Shown here: positions 56,971 to 64,000 of the stretch, in pieces | Layout: every line of letters begins with the position of its first letter | Numbering within the stretch: the stretch's first letter is position 1 | Assembly: GCA_964234715.1 (NCBI GenBank) | Contig: OZ174276.1 | Origin: Podarcis melisellensis | Lineage: Eukaryota | Length of the DNA stretch: 64,000 nt | Strand: one strand, 5' to 3' | Made by a program: the position numbers and the translations under genes | Notes under the pieces: generated by a model | Seen by the model: only the letters and a program-made list of their open reading frames with translations | Told to the model about the DNA's origin: nothing | Database searches by the model: none

Positions 56971-59900
56971 TGTTGTTGTTTAGTCGTTTAGTCGTGTCCG
57001 ACTCTTCGTGACCCCATGGACCATAGAACGCCAGGCACCTCTGTCCTCCACTGCCTCCCGCAGTTTGGTCAAACTCATGCTGGTAACCTCGAAAACACTA
57101 TCCAACCATCTCGTCCTCTGCCGTCCCCTTCTCCTTGTGCCCTCCATCTTTCCCAACATCAGGGTCTTCTCCAGGGAGTCTTCTCTTCTCATGAGGTGGC
57201 CAAAGTACTGGAGCCTCAGCTTCACAATCTGTCCTTCCAGTGAGCACTCAGGGTTGATTTCCTTCAGTATGGAGAGGTTTGATCTTCTTGCAGTCCATGG
57301 GACTCTCAAGAGTCTCCTCCAGCACCATAATTCAAAAGCATCAATTCTTCGGCGATCAGCCTTCTTGATGGTCCAGCTCTCACTTCCATACATCACTACT
57401 GGGAAAACCATAGCTTTAACTATACGAACCTTTGTTGGCAAGGTGATGTCTCTACTTCTCAAGATGCTGTCTAGGCCTGTCATTGCCCTTCTCCCAAGAA
57501 GCAGGCGTCTTTTAATTTCGTGGCTGCTGTCACCATCTGCAGTGATCATTGAGCCCAAGAAAGTAAAATCTCTCACTACCTCCATTTCTTCCCCTTCTAT
57601 TTGCCAGGAGGTGATGGGACCAGTGGCCATGATCTTCGTTTTTTTGATGTTGAGCTTCAGACCATATTTTGCGCTCTCCTCTTTCACCCTCATTAAAAGG
57701 TTCTTTAATTCCTCCTCACTTTCTGCCATCAAGGTTGTGTCATCTGCATATCTGAGGTTGTTGATATTTCTTCCAGCAATCTTAATTCCGGCTAGGGATT
57801 CATCCAGCCCAGCCTTTCGCATGATGAATTCTGCATATAAGTTAAATAAGCAGGGAGACAAAATACAGCCTTGTCGTACTCCTTTCCCAATTTTGAACCA
57901 ATCAGTTGTTCCATATCCAGTTCTAACTGTAGCTTCTTGTCCCACATAGAGGTTTCTCAGGAGACAGATGAGGTGATCTGGCACTCCCATTTCTTTAAGA
58001 ACTTGCCATAGTTTGCCGTGGTCGACACAGTCAAAGGCTTTTGCATAGTCAATGAAGCAGAAGTAGATGTCTTTCTGGAACTCTCTAGCTTTCTCCATAA
58101 TCCAGCGCATGTTTGCAATTTGGTCTCTGGTTCCTCTGCCTCTTCTAAATCCAGCTTGCACTTCTGGGAGTTCTCGGTCCACATACTGCTTGAGCCTTCC
58201 TTGTAGAATTTTAAGCATAACCTTGCTAGCGTGTGAAATGAGTGCAATTGTGCGGTAGTTGGAGCATTCTTTGGCACTGCCCTTCTTTGGGATTGGGATG
58301 TAGACTGATCTTCTCCAATCTTCTGGCCACTGCTGAGTTTTCCAAACTTGCTGGCATATTGAGTGTAGCACCTTAACAGCATCATCTTTTAAAATTTTAA
58401 ATAGTTCAGCTGGAATACCATCACTTCCACTGGCCTTGTTATTTGCAGTGCTTTCTAAGGCCCATTTGACTTCACTTTCCAGGATGTCTGGCTCAAGGTC
58501 AGCAACCACACTACCTGGGGTATACGAGACATCCATTTCTTTCTGGTATAATTCCTCTGTGTATTCTTGCCACCTCTTCTTGATGTCTTCTGCTTCTGTT
58601 AGGTCCTTTCCACTTTTGTCCTTTATTATGGAAATCTTTGTACGAAATGTTCCTTTCATATCTCCAATTTTCTTGAACAGATCTCTGGTTCTTCCCATTC
58701 TATTGCTTTCCTCTATTTCTTTGCACTGCTCGTTTAAGAAGGTCTTCTTGTCTCTCCTTGCTATTCTTTGGAAATCTGCATTCAATTTCCTGTATCTTTC
58801 ACCATCTCCCTCGCATTTTGCTTGCCTTCTCTCCCCCGCTATTTGTAAGGCCTCATTGGACAGCCACTTTGCTTTCTTGCATTTCCTTTTCATTGGGATG
58901 GTTTTCGTTGCTGCCTCCTGTATAATGTTACGAGCCTCCATCCATAGTTCTTCAGGCATTCTGTCCACCAAATCTAAATCCTTAAACCTGTTCCTCACTT
59001 CCACTGTGTATTCATAAGGGATTTGACTTAGATTGTATCTTACCGGCCCAGTGGTTTTTCCTACTTTCTTCAGTTTAAGCTTGAATTTTGCTATAAGAAG
59101 CTGATGATCTGAGCCACAGTCAGCTCCAGGTCTTGTTTTTGCTGACTGTATAGAGCTTCTCCATCTTTGGCTGCAGAGAATATAATCAATCTGATTTCGA
59201 TGCTGCCCATCTGGTGATGTCCATGTGTAGAGTCGTCTCTTGTGTTGTTGGAAAAGTGTGTTTGTGATGACCAGCTTGTTCTCTTGACAGAACTCTATTA
59301 GCCTTTGCCCTGCTTCGTTTTGGTCTCCAAGGCCAAACTTGCCAGTTGTTCCTTTTATCTCTTGACTCCCTACTTTAGCATTCCAATCCCCTATAATGAG
59401 AAGAACGTCCTTCTTTGGTGTCACTTCTATAAGGTCTTGTAAGTCTTCATAGAATTGGTCAATTTCAGTTTCTTCAGCACAAGTAGTTGGTGCATAAACT
59501 TGGATTACTGTGATGTTAAAAGGTCTGCCTTGGATTCGTATCGAGATCATTCTATCATTTTTGAGATTGCATCCCAGTACAGCTTTCGCCACTCTTTTGT
59601 TGACTATGAGGGCCACTCCATTTCTTTTACGGGTTTCTTGCCCACAGTAGTAGATATGATGGTCATCCGAACTGAATTCACCCATTCCCGTCCATTTTAG
59701 TTCACTGATGCCCAGGATGTCAATATTTATTCTTGCCATCTCATTTTTGACCACCTCCAACTTACCCAGGTTCATGGTTCTTACATTCCAGGTTCCTATG
59801 CAATATTTTTCTTTACAGCATTGGACTTTCCTTTCGCTTCCAGGCATATCCGCAACTGAGCGTCCTTTCGGCTTTGGCCCAGCCGCTTCATCAGCTCTGG

Positions 59901-60191
59901 ATCTACTTGTACTTGCCCTCCGCTCTTCCCCAGTAGCATGTTGGACGCCTTCCGACCTGAGGGGCTCATCTTCCAGCGTCATATCTTTTATATGCCTGTT
60001 GTCTTTGTCCATGGAGTTTTCTTGGCAGGGATACTGGAGTGGCTTGCCGGTTCCTCCTCCAGGTGGATCACGTTTGGTCAAAACTCTCCACTATGACTTG
60101 TTCATCTTGGGTGCCCTGCTCGGCATAGTTCATAGCTTCTCTGAGTTCTTCAAGCCCCTTCGCCACGGCAAGGCAGTGATCCATGAAGGGG
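56971..60191 (-). mobile_element. Full-length BovB (RTE-clade) LINE, 3.22 kb, antisense in LSM11 intron 1
   Basis: Perfect 11-bp TSD agtctaatgta at 56960-56970 and 60192-60202. (CAA)n tail. BovB-like 5' end ccttcatggatcactgccttgccgtggcgaaggggcttg. Confidence 0.97.
56980..60012 (-). CDS. BovB ORF (APE endonuclease + reverse transcriptase), 1010 aa from the first ATG (frame open from 60081, TTG)
   Basis: GTWNV, GISE, GDWNAKVG, IDYIL, GSDH; GVRQGCILSP, YADD, FLG. No internal stops. Confidence 0.95.
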   Translation of the reverse strand: MDKDNRHIKDMTLEDEPLRSEGVQHATGEERRASTSRSRADEAAGPKPKGRSVADMPGSERKVQCCKEKYCIGTWNVRTMNLGKLEVVKNEMARINIDILGISELKWTGMGEFSSDDHHIYYCGQETRKRNGVALIVNKRVAKAVLGCNLKNDRMISIRIQGRPFNITVIQVYAPTTCAEETEIDQFYEDLQDLIEVTPKKDVLLIIGDWNAKVGSQEIKGTTGKFGLGDQNEAGQRLIEFCQENKLVITNTLFQQHKRRLYTWTSPDGQHRNQIDYILCSQRWRSSIQSAKTRPGADCGSDHQLLIAKFKLKLKKVGKTTGPVRYNLSQIPYEYTVEVRNRFKDLDLVDRMPEELWMEARNIIQEAATKTIPMKRKCKKAKWLSNEALQIAGERRQAKCEGDGERYRKLNADFQRIARRDKKTFLNEQCKEIEESNRMGRTRDLFKKIGDMKGTFRTKISIIKDKSGKDLTEAEDIKKRWQEYTEELYQKEMDVSYTPGSVVADLEPDILESEVKWALESTANNKASGSDGIPAELFKILKDDAVKVLHSICQQVWKTQQWPEDWRRSVYIPIPKKGSAKECSNYRTIALISHASKVMLKILQGRLKQYVDRELPEVQAGFRRGRGTRDQIANMRWIMEKAREFQKDIYFCFIDYAKAFDCVDHGKLWQVLKEMGVPDHLICLLRNLYVGQEATVRTGYGTTDWFKIGKGVRQGCILSPCLFNLYAEFIMRKAGLDESLAGIKIAGRNINNLRYADDTTLMAESEEELKNLLMRVKEESAKYGLKLNIKKTKIMATGPITSWQIEGEEMEVVRDFTFLGSMITADGDSSHEIKRRLLLGRRAMTGLDSILRSRDITLPTKVRIVKAMVFPVVMYGSESWTIKKADRRRIDAFELWCWRRLLRVPWTARRSNLSILKEINPECSLEGQIVKLRLQYFGHLMRREDSLEKTLMLGKMEGTRRRGRQRTRWLDSVFEVTSMSLTKLREAVEDRGAWRSMVHGVTKSRTRLND

Positions 60192-61548
60192 AGTCTAATG
60201 TAGCTTGGCCTTAAATTACAAATTTCCATTGTCTTTAAGGTTTTCTTACATGCTGACTTGGTATGTGGCCCAGAAGTTGTTGTACCATAAAACCTCTAAT
60301 CTAACCTTCTTTTCTAACTGACTTTGGCTTGCTAGCCACTTGCTTATAAAGTAGATGGTTTTAGGAACAAATATGTGTTCTGTTTCCATATCCAACAAGT
60401 AAATAATAAACTGAGCATATATAACCATGGGCAGCAGCATTGACCACATGCTGTCTACATTGGCCTTCTATAGCTATTTGAGTGGAGCATCTGCCCAAGC
60501 TTTTCAACGTACAAGATAGGTTTACCTGTAGTGTTCATGCCAGTTTATGTTACAGCAATCTGCTATTGGGTCACTGAATTGCTATCCATGCAGAGCTTAT
60601 TTTATGCAGACTTAACTCATTGATGTCCATGGATCTAGCCATGCTATTTAAAGGACGTGTTACTTCTTTATTTTGCTTTTGTTTTCTCCAGTATGATTGG
60701 CGATAGATACATATAGGTTGTTTGGTGCAGGCAATCCTTCCTAGCCAGAAAATACATGTGCCCCTTTTCTGAAAATCATATTTAATTTTGTTGATTACTG
60801 ATAAAAAACCCAGTAATCAGTTGATTGCTAATTTAAAAAAGGATTTACCAAGAAAGTACCAAGATTAGTTGTAGCTTCTTAAACTCAGACTATAGAATAT
60901 CACAGAATTCTTGTATTCAGTCTCTTTCTGATCCTTCGTTAAGCTGCAAAGTCTGATTTGGATTCATTGATTCTGTAGCTGGAAGCATTACAGAGTTAAT
61001 AAACCTTAATAAAACTCTGAAACTTCACGGGCTACATAAAGCTACATAATCTGCATGGGAAGAGATCTTAAATTCCTTTCTTGTTTTTAAGCCTCGAATA
61101 ACAATTATTTTCTCTGCTTTTGTGAAAGACCAAAGAATGATTGAAGAACCCAAATAATAGTGTGGTCTCTCCCATGCATAAAAATATAGCTGTTTAGCTG
61201 TTAAGAGAGAGAAGAGATTATGCTGATTCTTCAGCTCCCCAAAAGTCTTTACAGCACAGAAAGCGATAGTGCCAGAAAGGGTCTTCCTATGGTGAGTAAT
61301 TCTTCCCTGGCACATAATGTTTAGAAGCCATTGTTGCTTGGGGCTCAGTCATCATGCTGTGAGTAGTGGGTTTCTACGCTGCTTAAAGAAGCCATAAGGG
61401 ATATGGAGTGAAGATCTGCAATCCTATGACCTAGCTCCATGCTGTAAAGTGATCCTAACGTTAGAGCCTGGATGGGGATTGCTGAAGCAGGGAAACGGAT
61501 ACTGCTTATCTCCCAAAAGGACTGTAATATTTGTAAAGATCCTAAATC

Positions 61549-61678
61549 CAGGAGTAGCCAACGTGGTTCCCGCCAGATGTTTAAGGCTACAGTTCCCATT
61601 AGCTCCAGCCTTGGTCAGTCATCAGGAATGGTGGAAATTGTAGCCCTATGGAGAGAGCACCATGTTGGTTACCCCTAC
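61549..61678. mobile_element. Degenerate palindromic MITE
   Basis: Arms ggagtagccaacgtggt / accatgttggttacccc and ggctacagttccca / tggaaattgtagcc. Confidence 0.6.
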
Positions 61679-62306
61679 TTCGAATCTTGCCATCTTTCAG
61701 GGTCACTCTCAATTTCACTTACTAATGGAAACATTAGTTTTGAGTTGATATTTTGTGAGGACAATTCTAGTATGCATGCCAGTTTGCAACATGCTATAAT
61801 CCGAGGTGTCAGTGTCATCATTTAATTTTTTGTAGGTCAGGGTTTTTTGCCTTGCTTATAAGCATAAATAAGGCATTAGTACTGTCCCACTCTGTTGGAT
61901 GTCTGGCATTTATGTTTACATGTCTGGCATTCACGTTTACATAGTTTGCTTATCCAGAAGATTTGGTGCGCAAGACGAAGAATGCTAGATAAGCTACTTT
62001 GTTACTACACTGGCTTATGTTTGAGTGGCTTGGATACAGAGATGCAGAAAGCTTGTTCCACTCATGGGAGGGCTGTTCTTGACACAGCAGAAGAGTGTTG
62101 CGCAATAAAAATTATCCACAATTTAGAGGAGCTACTGTATTGTGTTTGTGTGAACTCCTCTTAAGACTTTTCTATGGCTTTTTGGTGTTTATATATCACA
62201 GCCTGTGTCCTCCCTATGTTTCTTGAGCTGTAATTTAACACCCTGAACTATGCTGGTACTGCAGTGTGTGCAGACTCCTATTGTTTGCGCAAGAGTTCAT
62301 GGAATA

Positions 62307-62537
62307 CATTTGTACCTTGGTTCTCAAACGGAATCCGTTCCGGAAGTCCATTCGACTTCTGAAAACATTCGGAAACCAAGCCGTGGCTTTCTGTACTCAA
62401 TCGAAAGCCATGGAAGCCCCACTGGATGTTCGGCTTCCAAAAATAATTCGCAGACCGGAACAGTCACTTCCAGGTTTGTGGTGTTTGGGAGCCAAAACGT
62501 TGGAGCCCTAAGCTGTTCAAAAACCAAGGTACGACTG
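62307..62537. mobile_element. Tc1/mariner-type MITE (family B)
   Basis: TIR catttgtaccttggtt / aaccaaggtacgactg with TA flanks. Reverse-complement homologue of 34365-34584. Confidence 0.88.
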
Positions 62538-63904
62538 TAGTACTAACATGTTTTTTTTGCTTTCTATTTAGGATTATTTGAATCTCTCTCTGTGTGCGTT
62601 TTACTTAGAAGGCGTTTTTCATACCTTACTGCCGCTTACACACACACACACACAAATATTTAAGCTAACTATGAAAGCATCAGAAAAAGCCATAAAAAAC
62701 ACCAGGCAAAGCCATTAAAATAAAAGGCATTTAAAAGAGTCTCAGGCATTGTTAAAACAGTGGAAAGCAGGATGAACGTGACCTGATGCTTTTGCATATT
62801 TGTCTAGCGGGGGTGACCAAAATTTGGGTGTTACCACTGAAAAGACCTTCCCTCTTGTAGCCAGGCACTTACCCTCCAAAGGCAGATGTTCATGGAGAAG
62901 GGCCTTTGAGGCTGATTTTAAAGAATGCCATTATTTAGATGACCAGGTCCCAGGCTCCCGGACTGTTTAGGGCTTTAAAGGTTGAAAGTCAACATTTTAA
63001 ACTGAATCCAGAAATAGACAAGTAGCCACTGCAGCTCTTTTAAACATGTTTTGATACGTTTTTGTTGTCGGTCTTGTAGTCCCATTAAGGCAAGTGACTA
63101 CTATGTGTGCTTAGAGTTGCCCATCAAACTATGGGGTACAGATCATTTTCTTGTATGAATTAAGCCACAGGAACCATGCTGATGATTGGCACTTTGTTAC
63201 AGAGGCAGTGATTATCTACTAAAAATATTTATGTTGTATGGTGACAACCCCCAGTAGCCTTTTAATTATCCTTTAGAATTGGGGTATTAAACACATACTT
63301 TACATTGAGGGAAAAATCCATTTTGAACTATTAGGGATGTAATTACGGCATCCTAGATTGCACAAATGATTGACAATGCATCTGCATTGCTTTTAAGCCA
63401 CAGAAAAATAATAGCTACATGCAGAGCATAATAGTTTTTGATGTTCACAGAATGGTTATGCGCTGCCAAGACAAATCTAACACAGGGTTTTTCCTCCACT
63501 GGAGAAATCATCAGAGTGTAGAAGCATCTCTTTGTATTTGGTGGTGATAGGGTTAGGGAACTGTGCCAGCTGGATATGATTGATAAGAGGGTGAATAGGC
63601 CATTCAGTGCCATTAGGATGGGATCAGAGTGCTTTATTAGCAAAATATTCCACAGGTAAGCATTCCTGAAAACACACAGGACTAAAGAACAAAGTGATAT
63701 GTGCAAGAGTTGTGAAACCTTGGTCATTTTCTGCAAGTCTTACGCTTTGAGCCCATGGAGCTCAGTGTTCAGAATAAGACAAGACTGACCTTGCAGACAC
63801 TGGTTCTGCTTTAAATAAGCCTGAGTTCCACTTTATATTACTTACTGGGATTTTGTGGGATGTAAATCTTAATAGCTAGGTGAGGTTGACCAATTTTGCT
63901 TATA

Positions 63905-64000
63905 CAGTGGTACCTCAGTTTACGAACTTAATTCGTTCCGGAGGTCCGTTTGTAACCTGAAACCGTTGTTAACCTGAGGCACGCTTTCCCTAATGGAGCC
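63905..64000. mobile_element. Tc1/mariner-type MITE (family A), cut by the window edge
   Basis: ta|cagtggtacctc...cttaattcgttccggaggtcc, as at 15289 and 27639. Confidence 0.85.

Noticed and set aside
57008-60214. Plus-strand ORFs of 313, 193 and 168 aa
   Set aside because: Antisense shadows of the BovB coding frame.
54207-64000. Search for LSM11 exon 2 (HEGSPLGEL-like)
   Set aside because: Not found by eye. It presumably lies right of the window, so this is not evidence of truncation.

Overview
Vertebrate genomic DNA, most likely a lacertid-type lizard (inferred from BovB, Sauria-type and Squam3-type SINEs). Four spliced genes lie in the conserved amniote order. ADAM19 (minus strand) has coding exons 1-3 here and continues left of the window; exons 2-3 are invisible in the ORF track. 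SOX30 (minus) is complete with 5 coding exons (778 aa). THG1L (plus) is complete with 6 coding exons (300 aa, or 269 aa from the second ATG). LSM11 (plus) has only exon 1 in the window. SOX30 and THG1L sit head-to-head on one CpG island about 1.1 kb ATG-to-ATG, with no C5orf52-like gene between them. Two full-length, ORF-intact LINEs have perfect target-site duplications: an L1-clade element (16321-22570) and a BovB/RTE element (56971-60191, antisense in LSM11 intron 1). The rest is SINEs, hAT and Tc1/mariner MITEs, solo LTRs, CR1/L2/Penelope remnants and a 390-N assembly gap. The most notable observations are a 57-bp in-frame tandem duplication in SOX30 exon 3, a palindromic MITE carrying ZNF143-type ACTACAATTCC motifs inside the bidirectional promoter, and two short BovB copies truncated at almost the same point. 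I found no evidence for a wholly new multi-gene system. Family and orthologue assignments rest on recalled motifs, not database searches.
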